From positions 46,584 to 110,583 of the forward strand of contig PAAU01000066.1 in the NCBI GenBank assembly GCA_002699445.1: DNA of 64,000 nucleotides, read 5' to 3'. Within the stretch, counting starts at the first letter, position 1. Each line of letters opens with the position of its first letter. A program made the position numbers and the translations under genes. The DNA comes from Micrococcales bacterium. Its GTDB lineage: Bacteria; Actinomycetota; Actinomycetes; S36-B12; GCA-2699445. This document shows positions 37,734 to 46,832 of the stretch, piece after piece. The notes beneath the pieces were generated by a model. That model did not search any database. It was not told the origin of the DNA and was given only the letters and a program-made list of their open reading frames with translations.

Positions 37734-37857
37734 ATGCGATAGCGCCAAATCTCAAGATCGGCTCAAGAGTCCTTGGCAATACCGCGCGCGCTGTGTCAGA
37801 GTCCTAACTAGAACTTGAGGCGACAGGATTCTCAGGACTGATTAGGCGAAGGTCGCG

Positions 37858-40203
37858 GTGGTCATCATTACTGACGTGTCCGCTCGCGATGGCGACGATT
37901 CCTCGTCTTTTCCGCTAGTCCATCATCTGCCAGTCGGAGTTCTAGTCGCTGACGAAGACGGTTTTGTGAGCTTGGCCAATCAAGCGCTCATCGATGCATT
38001 CCAATTAGACGTTTCGCCCGACGATTTGGTAGGACGACCACTCGTCGCGGTCCATGCAGAACTGGCACAACAAGCTCAACTTCCAGAATTGGTCTTGGAC
38101 GACGATGCGGGAGTACCTGATTCACAAGTACCGATCCGGGGACGAAGAATCGATCTGATCAGTGGGCGTCATTTGATCAAAGAGAGTTTCTCGGTGAGCG
38201 TCACTTCGGGTCAACGTTGGGTCTATCTCTATCGCGATGCCACGGCTGAAATCGAAGCTAGCGATCAAGCAGCTGCAGCGCAGGCCCGAGCTGAGGAAAT
38301 CGCTGAGCAAAGAGCATGGCTATTGTCGATGGTGAGCCATGAGGTGCGAACACCGTTGAGCGGCGTTGTCGGTCTGGTAGAGCTCTTAATGAGCGAGGAT
38401 CTGCCTGACTATATGCAGGAAATTGTGAGTGGCATCCGTCGCTCTGCTGACAGCGTCGCTGAATTGCTAGAAAACCTGCTTGTCATTAGCCGCATCGACG
38501 CAGGCAAATTGATACTGAATGCTCGAACTACCGATGTCCGCGAGCTACTTGAAGATGCAGTGGAAACAGTGGGGCCGGACGCTAGAACCAAAGGACTGGC
38601 GCTGTCACTGTGGCTACACCCCTCAGTTCCCGCTGCGATAGCGGTCGACTCCGCTCGGTTGAAGCAGGTGCTGCTGAACTTGCTGTCCAATGCGATCAAA
38701 TCTACCGATTCCGGCGAGGTTGCAGTGTCTGCAGAAGCGGTTGACGGATGGTTGCGAATGCGGATTCTAGATTCAGGGCCAGGCATGGACACCGAGGATC
38801 TTGATCGCTTGTTCCGGCCCTTCGAACAAGGTAGTAACTTGCAGCCGGGTGGAGGTGCGGGTCTTGGCCTCACCATTGTTCGGAGCCTCTTGGAGCATAT
38901 GGACGGCGAGGTGGACGTGGACTCGCGCCCCGGTATGGGTACGGCGTTTCGGATCGGCGTTCCGTTACGTGATGTGGTTCAGACACCGGCGGAGCCGATT
39001 GTCGATCTCGCCGATGCCCGCGTCGTGCTGCAGTGTGCTCAACCGCTAGCAAGTCTCGCGCTAGTAACCGTCTTGCGATCTATGAATATAAACGTGGTGC
39101 GCGAGACAGACCCGGCCAGTGGCGAAGACATAGATGCCGTCATCCTGGTGGCAGACGGATCCGTTCCGACGACGTCAGAACAACTAGCGGAACTACGTGC
39201 CCGATGGCAGCCTGCTCGGACAGTCCTCCTTAACTTGGGTACCGCTTCTAACCTCATGGGTACTTCCATTGCGGCCATGCCAGTGCGACGGGCACGACTC
39301 GTCGAGTTGCTCCGAGGCGGACCCGCCGCGGTGGATGCAAGTCCCAAGGAACCAGAAACTCAGAGTCTCGAAGGTCTGGGGCTCAAAGTTCTTGTTGCCG
39401 AGGACTCCCCGGCAAATCAGGCCCTATTGCGGACCATGCTGGGACGAATCGGAGTAGAGGCCACCGTCGTCTCTGACGGCGAAGCGGCAGTGGCGGCGGT
39501 AGTCGCAGAGAGATTCGATGCGGTGCTGATGGACGTATCGATGCCTCAACTAGACGGACACGATGCCACTCGGTTGATTCGGAATATGTCGAAGAGCGAA
39601 AGTGATCCTCAAATCCCGATCATTGGGTTGAGCGCAGCGACCTTGGAAGAGGACCGCGCAGTATGTCTAGCAGTTGGGATGGATGACTACCTGACCAAGC
39701 CAGTCTCGATAGCAGCGCTTAGATCGGTCTTGAAGAACGTCGCTCCACAGCACGGTTCAGGTGTGCCCAAGCAACGTTCTGGGGTTCGAGCCACGAAGCC
39801 GACCGTCGATCCGGAGGCTCTGCTGGCTAAAGACGCAGAGAGGGAGGCATGGCCGGTATTGGATTCAAACCGGTTGACCTCGCTGACCGAAGAGATCGGG
39901 GACGGCAACGTAGTGGCTGAAAGCATCAATATCTTTCTAGAGGAACTGGAGCCTCGGCTGATTTCGATCGATGCGGCTAGAAATGATTCTGACCACACCA
40001 CTATCGCCCGCGCCCTGCACACCCTAGTCTCGCCGTCGGCGATGCTTGGCGCCGAGGAACTAGCCAGCGCCTGTCGCGATATGGAGCAGCACTGCCGAGA
40101 GTTGACGGACCAGGAGATTAGCTCGGCGGTGGATCGGATCCGCTCCATCGCGGTCCGTACCGACGAAGCGATGCGAAAATATTTGTCGACGTCCTCGACC
40201 TAG
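37858..40203 (+). CDS. Hybrid sensor histidine kinase: PAS-like, HisKA, HATPase, pseudo-receiver, REC and HPt domains
   Basis: The H-box is SHEVRTPLSG. The N and G boxes are NLLSNAIKST and DSGPGM...GGGAGLGL. The REC domain has VLVAEDSPANQ...LMDVSMPQLDG...TKP. The HPt domain reads ALHTLVSPSAMLGAEELA. Confidence 0.85.
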   Translation: MVIITDVSARDGDDSSSFPLVHHLPVGVLVADEDGFVSLANQALIDAFQLDVSPDDLVGRPLVAVHAELAQQAQLPELVLDDDAGVPDSQVPIRGRRIDLISGRHLIKESFSVSVTSGQRWVYLYRDATAEIEASDQAAAAQARAEEIAEQRAWLLSMVSHEVRTPLSGVVGLVELLMSEDLPDYMQEIVSGIRRSADSVAELLENLLVISRIDAGKLILNARTTDVRELLEDAVETVGPDARTKGLALSLWLHPSVPAAIAVDSARLKQVLLNLLSNAIKSTDSGEVAVSAEAVDGWLRMRILDSGPGMDTEDLDRLFRPFEQGSNLQPGGGAGLGLTIVRSLLEHMDGEVDVDSRPGMGTAFRIGVPLRDVVQTPAEPIVDLADARVVLQCAQPLASLALVTVLRSMNINVVRETDPASGEDIDAVILVADGSVPTTSEQLAELRARWQPARTVLLNLGTASNLMGTSIAAMPVRRARLVELLRGGPAAVDASPKEPETQSLEGLGLKVLVAEDSPANQALLRTMLGRIGVEATVVSDGEAAVAAVVAERFDAVLMDVSMPQLDGHDATRLIRNMSKSESDPQIPIIGLSAATLEEDRAVCLAVGMDDYLTKPVSIAALRSVLKNVAPQHGSGVPKQRSGVRATKPTVDPEALLAKDAEREAWPVLDSNRLTSLTEEIGDGNVVAESINIFLEELEPRLISIDAARNDSDHTTIARALHTLVSPSAMLGAEELASACRDMEQHCRELTDQEISSAVDRIRSIAVRTDEAMRKYLSTSST

Positions 40204-40210
40204 CGTTCAT

Positions 40211-40987
40211 TCAGCCAGTGATGTAAACGTCAAGCCTTGTCGGATTAGTTGAGTCATCCAACTCGGTTTGCCAACCGTGCGCCAAGGTGGCGTCGAGAAG
40301 TTCGGTCGCTGTGCTCAGGTCATCCCTTGTTGTGGCGAGATGGCGAGCCAGTTGTCCTTTCGTGGCTTTGTTGTGGTGACTAACGGCTGTCCGTAGACCA
40401 CTCGGAGCCCGCTGCCAGATCTTGACCTGCACCACAGATTCGTTGGATTCGCTGTCCGGAGACCACATCGCTGCATAAGGTGCTGATCGCATGTCGACGA
40501 TCAGTTGCTTTCCGGTCGCCCGCTGTAACGCGACGGAAATCGGTCCACGCCAAAACTTAGTCAGGCTGCCAACATCGGGTAGCGTCACGTTGCCGGACAG
40601 CCGGTAACAAGGGATACGGTCATGGGGTCGAATTAGACCAAACAGTGCCGAAAATATGATCAGCCTGCGGTTGGCTCTGCGCGCTTCTTGTCCAATGAGT
40701 TCAGTAAGGCCTAGCTCGCCGAACAGGACGCCGGTGTAGATGCGTGAAGCAGTAGCCGTGGGAGCGGCAGCTAGATCGCGGTTGTGCCTGACCCAGTGAG
40801 CGAGCTTCTCGGATAGTCCCAGAACCTGCCTAGCTTGCTCGGGTTCAGACCGACAAAAGCCCATAAGATCCGACAGCACCCTCTCCCGAGCTTCGCTTAG
40901 CGTCGGATCCTTTAGCTGGTCCAGTGCCAGCGCCTTGCCGCGAGCAGGGCAAAGTTTGCCCTCGGAGGGTGGCAGTAAGATAAGCAT
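40211..40987 (-). CDS. yaaA: Peroxide stress protein YaaA (DUF328)
   Basis: The N-terminus MLILLPPSEGK is family-typical. Length is 258 aa. Confidence 0.85.
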   Translation of the reverse strand: MLILLPPSEGKLCPARGKALALDQLKDPTLSEARERVLSDLMGFCRSEPEQARQVLGLSEKLAHWVRHNRDLAAAPTATASRIYTGVLFGELGLTELIGQEARRANRRLIIFSALFGLIRPHDRIPCYRLSGNVTLPDVGSLTKFWRGPISVALQRATGKQLIVDMRSAPYAAMWSPDSESNESVVQVKIWQRAPSGLRTAVSHHNKATKGQLARHLATTRDDLSTATELLDATLAHGWQTELDDSTNPTRLDVYITG

Positions 40988-41039
40988 GTCCGCATCATCT
41001 CAATTCGGTGGCGAGTGTCGGTCGCTACCTGCATCGCGA

Positions 41040-41954
41040 TTAGGGATGCTCCCTAACGAGAACCTCCTGCGCGACGGAGGCCACTGGAAGCCCAGTCGAA
41101 GTGTAAAAGCCACCAGTGGCAAAACCGCGTCCATCACCAGCGATCGGACTGCGATTTGAAAAGAGCAACCATTCATCTGCGTGTATAGAGGCGTGGAACC
41201 ACATGGCGTGGTCAATCGAAGCAATTTGAAGATCTTCAGTCTCCTTGGAACCACCGTGGTGACTAAGAACGGTTCGAACCAAGGTGAGATCGGAGAGGTA
41301 GGTGAGAGCACACTCATGGATAAGAGGATCAGCGGGTAGCGGCTGCGATCTGATCCAATTCATCTGGTCGACGAATCCATCGGAGATAGAACGGACTAGT
41401 TTCGTATCGATATGACGCATTTCGAGGAGCTGTCGCAATGGGTAGCCCGCGTCGGTCAAGCCATTGGAATCTCGACGATCTCGCATGGGGATATGACTTA
41501 GGACATCTACAGGTTCGCTGTCTTCCGGCGAGGGGATGGCGTCGAACCATCGCGGGGCCTGATCTCGGCCGTGTTCCGGTCCCTGTTGCGCTACGGCAAA
41601 GGACACCGACATCGTAAAGATAGTTTCTCCGTACTGCACTGCCCGGACACGGCGAGTGCTGAACGAGCGACCGTCACGAGGCCGGTCGACCATGTAGACA
41701 ATGTGATCGGTGGTTCGACCCGGTCTGAGAAAGTAGGCGTGGAGCGAGTGGACCTGCCGAGTGTCGCCATCCACGGTTGAGCCCGCAGCGACCAAGGCTT
41801 GGGCGGCGACCTGACCGCCAAAGGCCCTTAGCGGTGAGCCGGAGTGGCACCACCCGGTAAAAATATCCCGATCGACTCTGGTCAGGGTGAGACGGGAAAG
41901 AAAGTCATCGGCATCAGGTTTGGGAGGTCGATCCCCGAAGCCACGTAAGTCCAC
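41040..41954 (-). CDS. tesB: Acyl-CoA thioesterase II
   Basis: Double hotdog layout with FGGQVAAQAL, VHSLHAYFLRPG and HAMWFH. Confidence 0.85.
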   Translation of the reverse strand: MDLRGFGDRPPKPDADDFLSRLTLTRVDRDIFTGWCHSGSPLRAFGGQVAAQALVAAGSTVDGDTRQVHSLHAYFLRPGRTTDHIVYMVDRPRDGRSFSTRRVRAVQYGETIFTMSVSFAVAQQGPEHGRDQAPRWFDAIPSPEDSEPVDVLSHIPMRDRRDSNGLTDAGYPLRQLLEMRHIDTKLVRSISDGFVDQMNWIRSQPLPADPLIHECALTYLSDLTLVRTVLSHHGGSKETEDLQIASIDHAMWFHASIHADEWLLFSNRSPIAGDGRGFATGGFYTSTGLPVASVAQEVLVREHP

Positions 41955-42234
41955 AACGGAACGCTAGCGTTGGAAGCTAACCTACATCGGGGAAACAGGG
42001 CTCGACTGTTGATATTTGCTCCTGGGTGCGCGGGTGATCGACCACTAGGTCCTATAGTCGGAGAGCTTTCAGTTTGGCAGTCGGCAGTAGTCGCCTTTAT
42101 CGTGTGTAGGGCAGCTAGCAGTAGGTTTCCAACCGCCTCTGTTTGCTACCGTCGAAAACTAGCCAGGAGATGGCTAGGGAACTGAGAAAAGTAAGAGCGT
42201 CGTCGCGCTGCCGCAACTTCCGAGGACTAGCTGT

Positions 42235-43620
42235 ATGACTGAGACTAAGTACACCCGTTTCCAGCCGATCACGCTTGCCAATATCGCTCAGGCACCGCAA
42301 TGGGCGCTGCTTGATCAGGACATTCAAGAGGCGGTTCGCGTGGTGGGTCAGGTATTACCTTTCCGCACGAACAGCTACGTCATGGACGAACTAATCGACT
42401 GGGCGCGAGTGCCGAACGATCCCATCTTTCAGCTGGTATTCCCGCAGCCCGGCATGCTCTCCGATGAGCATTACCATGCAGTGGCGGACGGGATGTCTGC
42501 AGGCATGGCGCCTAAGCAGTTAAAGGAGATGGTGGCAGAGATTCGTGCGGATCTGAACCCGCACCCAGCCGGCCAGCAGACGGACAATGTCCCCGTTCTG
42601 GAGGGTGAGCCGATGCCCGGGGTCCAGCACAAGTACCGCCAAACCATGCTGTTTTTCCCATCACAGGGTCAGACGTGTCACGCCTATTGCACTTTTTGTT
42701 TCCGTTGGGCCCAGTTTGTCGGAGACACCTCACTTCGCTTTCGCTCCAACGATGCGGATCAGCTATGCAACTACCTCGCCGCCCATCAAGAAATCACTGA
42801 TGTGCTGTTCACCGGTGGTGACCCGATGATCATGAAGGCTTCAGTGTTCTCGCGATACGTCGATGCGCTGTTAAATGATTCGCGATTGGACCACGTTCAG
42901 ACGGTCCGCATCGGGACCAAGAGCTTGGCCTACTGGCCGCAGAGATTTGTTACCGACGAAGATGCCGACGATATGCTCGGGTTATTCGAGCAAATCGTGG
43001 CTAGCGGCCGAACTCTGGCCATTATGGGTCACTACTCTCACCCCGTTGAGTTATCTACGGAGGTGGCGCAGCGCGCCGTCGCCCGAATCAGGAACACCGG
43101 TGCCAACATCAGGATGCAAAGCCCCCTGATTAGACATGTAAATGATGATCCCCAGGTATGGCGTGATCTGTGGCAAACCGGTGTTCGGCTGGGCTGCGTG
43201 CCCTACTACATGTTCGTGGAACGAGATACTGGAGCGCGCAACTATTTCGAGCTCCCCCTCGTTGACTGTTGGAAGACTTTCCGTGCCGCTTACTCCAGTG
43301 TTTCTGGAATCTCGCGGACAGTTCGTGGCCCCTCGATGTCGGCTTGGCCCGGCAAGGTCCACGTTCTAGGGGTCAAAGACGTAGGCGGTGAGCCGGCCTT
43401 CATCTTGGAGTACCTCCAGTGTCGTCGACCTGAGCTGGTGCGCCAGCCGTTCTTCGCGAAGTTCGATCCAACCGCGACCTGGTTCGACGATTTGGAACCG
43501 CTCACTGCCGATGACGCGCCGATGTTCCCAGACAACTGGCCGGAAGAACAAGAAGTTCAAATATCCCCGGTGAACCTGGGTAATACGGAACTGCCGATCT
43601 TGGTGGGCGCAGACTCCTAG
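42235..43620 (+). CDS. KamA-family radical SAM / PLP aminomutase-like protein (substrate unknown)
   Basis: The radical SAM cluster is CHAYCTFCFRW (CxxxCxxC). Other motifs are FTGGDPMIM, QSPLIRHVNDD, VPYYMFVERD and PGKV (candidate PLP lysine). The N-terminus reads PFRTNSYVMDELIDW...DPIFQLVFP. Confidence 0.85.
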   Translation: MTETKYTRFQPITLANIAQAPQWALLDQDIQEAVRVVGQVLPFRTNSYVMDELIDWARVPNDPIFQLVFPQPGMLSDEHYHAVADGMSAGMAPKQLKEMVAEIRADLNPHPAGQQTDNVPVLEGEPMPGVQHKYRQTMLFFPSQGQTCHAYCTFCFRWAQFVGDTSLRFRSNDADQLCNYLAAHQEITDVLFTGGDPMIMKASVFSRYVDALLNDSRLDHVQTVRIGTKSLAYWPQRFVTDEDADDMLGLFEQIVASGRTLAIMGHYSHPVELSTEVAQRAVARIRNTGANIRMQSPLIRHVNDDPQVWRDLWQTGVRLGCVPYYMFVERDTGARNYFELPLVDCWKTFRAAYSSVSGISRTVRGPSMSAWPGKVHVLGVKDVGGEPAFILEYLQCRRPELVRQPFFAKFDPTATWFDDLEPLTADDAPMFPDNWPEEQEVQISPVNLGNTELPILVGADS

Positions 43621-43669
43621 TCGTCATCCAAAGGTGCAAGGCTGTCCGGTCTCATTGCACGTCTGCAGG

Positions 43670-44899
43670 TCAGCAGGCAGGAATCCGCATTTCAGGCGTG
43701 TCCTCTAGCCACCCGCGCGGGTTATATGGCTTGCCGTGGTAAAGCGCCTCGAAATGCAGATGGGCCCCGGTGCTGAGGCCAGTGCTGCCAACCTCGCCGA
43801 TAGTCTGTCCTCGGACCACCTGATCTCCAGGTTCAACCAAGATCAGTTGCTGGTGAGCGTAGGCGCTCGTAAGCCCCTGGCGGTGGGCGATGAGGGTGTA
43901 GTTTCCGTAGCCGCCGTTGCTCCCAGCGCGCAGCACGATCCCGTCATCAACAGCAAAGATCGGGGTACCGCCAGGTGCGGTAATGTCAGCGCCGGCATGG
44001 CAACGGACGTAGCGAAGGATGGGGTGCAGTCGCATCCCTGCTTCGCTTGTGATTTTTCCTTTGCCGGTAGGAAAGACCCATTCGCTCTTGGTGGTTAGAT
44101 CGACGGGCGGCGTTTTCTTGGTCGGTTCGATCACCAAATCGACAGCGTCGGCGAGGTCGACCGCTTTTTGTAGTTCTTCTTCGGCACCATCAAGTTTGGT
44201 TTTAGAGGTCGACACCATGCTGCTGGCCTTTTTCGCAAGATCAGCAGCCTCGGCTCGAGTTTCGAGAACCCGTTCCCAGCGAACCGCTTTATACCCAGCT
44301 ACGGTTGCCGCTGTCTCGGCTCCACTGAGAACTTCCTGTGGTGTTTCCGCTGCCAACATGGTGGCCAACAGGTTGAGATCTTCGCCTCCAGATGAGTAGG
44401 CAGCTCGAGCCAGATTCCCCAGGTCGCGGCGCAGGTCTTTTGCGAGCTGTGCCAAACGACGAGATTTGTTGGCCATGCGCTTTGCTTCGAATTTCGAGAT
44501 TCGATATTGCGCCCGAACCTTCTCAACCTTCATGCGGGCTTCCGTGACAGCTATCTGAGCGGCCTTTCGGTCTTTTTCGGCTGCAAGAAGCCGTGCTGTG
44601 GCTTCTTGGCGAGCAGCCTCTTGGTCTTCTTTCGCGGATTCCCCATCACCATTACCTGGTTTCGAACTCTTGTCGCCTGCATTAGTCGGCTGCTCGGACT
44701 CTGACTTTTCTGGTTTGAGATCCAGGGTTGGCCCTGGTTCCAGGGCCGGTTCGCCCCCGTCAGGAGTGGCTGGCAATTCCGTAAGATTCGTTGGAGTCTC
44801 GGCCGGATCGACGGTGGGCTCTTCCGCAACTGCAAAAGGGGTCATGACCAAGGCGAGGGTAAGGGCGATCGCGGCGACGACATTGCGTTTGTAACGCAC
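43670..44899 (-). CDS. Secreted M23 metallopeptidase with an N-terminal coiled coil
   Basis: Signal peptide present, followed by a long helical region. The M23 motifs are HAGADITAPGGTPIFAVDDG and GSTGLSTGAHLHFE. Confidence 0.85.
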   Translation of the reverse strand: MRYKRNVVAAIALTLALVMTPFAVAEEPTVDPAETPTNLTELPATPDGGEPALEPGPTLDLKPEKSESEQPTNAGDKSSKPGNGDGESAKEDQEAARQEATARLLAAEKDRKAAQIAVTEARMKVEKVRAQYRISKFEAKRMANKSRRLAQLAKDLRRDLGNLARAAYSSGGEDLNLLATMLAAETPQEVLSGAETAATVAGYKAVRWERVLETRAEAADLAKKASSMVSTSKTKLDGAEEELQKAVDLADAVDLVIEPTKKTPPVDLTTKSEWVFPTGKGKITSEAGMRLHPILRYVRCHAGADITAPGGTPIFAVDDGIVLRAGSNGGYGNYTLIAHRQGLTSAYAHQQLILVEPGDQVVRGQTIGEVGSTGLSTGAHLHFEALYHGKPYNPRGWLEDTPEMRIPAC

Positions 44900-45179
44900 C
44901 GATCAACCTCAATCCCTCAAGTAGCTAAGAATCAATTCACAGAAGTTAAATCGTACGGTGCGGCTGGGACCCTATTACAAGGAATGTCGAATCGTCCCGG
45001 TTGTCCCATTTCGGCGATTACTCTGGGCCACCAAGAATAACTCTCCGTTATTTTCCGCGTAACAGTGCCAACAGCTGGACCGGCTGCGATACCGATATCA
45101 AGCGGAACTATCAGGCGTAACGTTGGCGAAGAGATTCATGAGGCTCCCGCGACAACGCGCTGGAGGTGAGGTGACGGAG

Positions 45180-46541
45180 ATGCGCATACACCCTGAAATG
45201 ACCCGCAGACAGCTGTTAGCGCTCACCGCCGTGACGGCGGGAGGGGTTGTTGCAGGCTGTAGTGCCACCTCAACGGCGCGGATCACGAACGACTTAAACC
45301 TCAACGCTGCGCAGGTTAGCCGTTGGGATACTGATCCTTGGGCGCGGGGCTCGTACTCGGCCATTCCGGCGGGGACAAGCCAACGGATGCGTAGGGTTCT
45401 TTCCCAGGTGAGATTGCAGGATCGGATCGTTCTGGCGGGTGAGTATGCGACTACTTCGTACCCCGCAACGGTGCATGGAGCGCATCAATCGGGACGGCGG
45501 GCCGCAAGACTACTCCAAGCCAGGCTGTCCACATCCGCCGAGGTGGTAGTGATCGGTGCCGGAATGGCCGGCCTCGCCGCGGCAATAGAACTGCAAGGCG
45601 CAGGGCATCGTGTCCGAGTACTGGAGGCCAGGGACCGAGTCGGTGGTCGAATCCACACGTCTTCGGCATGGGACGTGCCAATCGAACTAGGTGCATCGTG
45701 GGTGCACGGACTGGGAGGGAACCCGATCGCGGCTCTCGTGCGGCAGGCAGGATGTGATTTGGTACCCACTGATTACTCTGATGCGTCCGTCCGGCGAGCA
45801 GATGGTGGATCGGTCAATCTTTCGCGGCTCTCCCGCAAACTGCAGCGTCAGATCAGTAAGTTGGAACGAGGCGGGCTTTCGGCAGATCTCTCTGTCGCCC
45901 GTGCCTTGCGTGTGAACGGTTGGTCCGGCAACGGAAAACGTCAGCGATTTCTCCAAGCCGCACTGTTAACTCAGGAATATGGCTTGGATCCACCTGAGTT
46001 GGGGGTGCGAGCACTGAGCGAAGGGAAATACGATCGCCCGGGTGGAGATGCCATGGTGACGGGCGGATTCCAACGCGTCCCGGAGTTCCTTGCAAAAAAA
46101 GTTCGTGTGGAACGCAGTGCGGCGGTAGCGCAGGTCCAAGCCAGGGATAGCGACGTCACGATTCGAATGTTGACGGGGCCCCCACAACAAGTGGATGCGG
46201 TGGTCATCGCGGTGCCAGTGGCCCTACTGCAAGCGGGGTTGCCTCGGGTTGATCCCTGGCCTTCGGCTATAGAACAAGCCACCGATAGTCTCGCAACTGG
46301 ACATCTGGAACGAGTTGTTCTGTCTTATGACGGCCGGTGGTGGCCCGATTCAGAGGTGTTGAATGTAGTCGGCTCGCCTCGGCAGCGCTGGAGTGAGTGG
46401 TATGACCTCTCGCGAATTGTTGGACGCTCCGTGGTGGTGGGCTTCTCCGGCGGCAATGCCGCTGAGTCTCGACCCGCCACTGATCGTTCCTGTATTGCTC
46501 AAGCTAAGCGAGTTCTGCAACGAGCATTTGTTCAGTCCTAG
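45180..46541 (+). CDS. Flavin-containing amine oxidase, Tat-signal lipoprotein, with an apparently circularly permuted domain order
   Basis: Tat/lipobox signal: [21 protein letters not shown]. Next comes [12 protein letters not shown]...IVLAGEYAT...[11 protein letters not shown], which is normally the C-terminal module. After that comes [36 protein letters not shown], which is normally the N-terminus. ATG 45180 is the likely start; the track start is 45123. Confidence 0.8.
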   Translation: MRIHPEMTRRQLLALTAVTAGGVVAGCSATSTARITNDLNLNAAQVSRWDTDPWARGSYSAIPAGTSQRMRRVLSQVRLQDRIVLAGEYATTSYPATVHGAHQSGRRAARLLQARLSTSAEVVVIGAGMAGLAAAIELQGAGHRVRVLEARDRVGGRIHTSSAWDVPIELGASWVHGLGGNPIAALVRQAGCDLVPTDYSDASVRRADGGSVNLSRLSRKLQRQISKLERGGLSADLSVARALRVNGWSGNGKRQRFLQAALLTQEYGLDPPELGVRALSEGKYDRPGGDAMVTGGFQRVPEFLAKKVRVERSAAVAQVQARDSDVTIRMLTGPPQQVDAVVIAVPVALLQAGLPRVDPWPSAIEQATDSLATGHLERVVLSYDGRWWPDSEVLNVVGSPRQRWSEWYDLSRIVGRSVVVGFSGGNAAESRPATDRSCIAQAKRVLQRAFVQS

Positions 46542-46832
46542 CAGCACCCAGCCTTGTGGGAGATCCGCAGGCTTCCCATGGTGAATGATGAGGAAGCCAT
46601 GTGCACTCGGTCTGGTCCTTGTCGAGATGAAAGGTTGATGTCGTTTGACTCTGGCATGAATAGCGCTTGTGATGTTGGGTGACCTAGCTGCTTCGTGAGA
46701 TTGATTGCGACTGCCCTCGAGACTGATCGAAAAAACTGTTGATTCATTCATCGTGTCTGCAGGCTGCTTAGCCCTCTAGGCTGGCGATGCCCGGAGCAGT
46801 CCTGGGTGGGACCTAACGTAGGTGAACTAGTG

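Noticed and set aside
41955-42234. A 280-nt leader upstream of the KamA-like gene, checked for a lysine (L-box) or other riboswitch. A small hairpin CTAGCC-N7-GGCTAG lies at about 42159-42177.
   Set aside because: None of the conserved L-box blocks is recognisable by eye. The hairpin alone is not diagnostic. A cmsearch against Rfam would settle it.
46542-46832. The region downstream of the permuted amine oxidase, examined in all three frames for a relic of a second (duplicated) C-terminal module. It also contains a 34-codon Cys-containing ORF (about 46578-46682).
   Set aside because: No frame shows W..DP..RGSYS or GE....HGA..SG-like remnants. The mini-ORF lacks an SD and any recognisable pattern.
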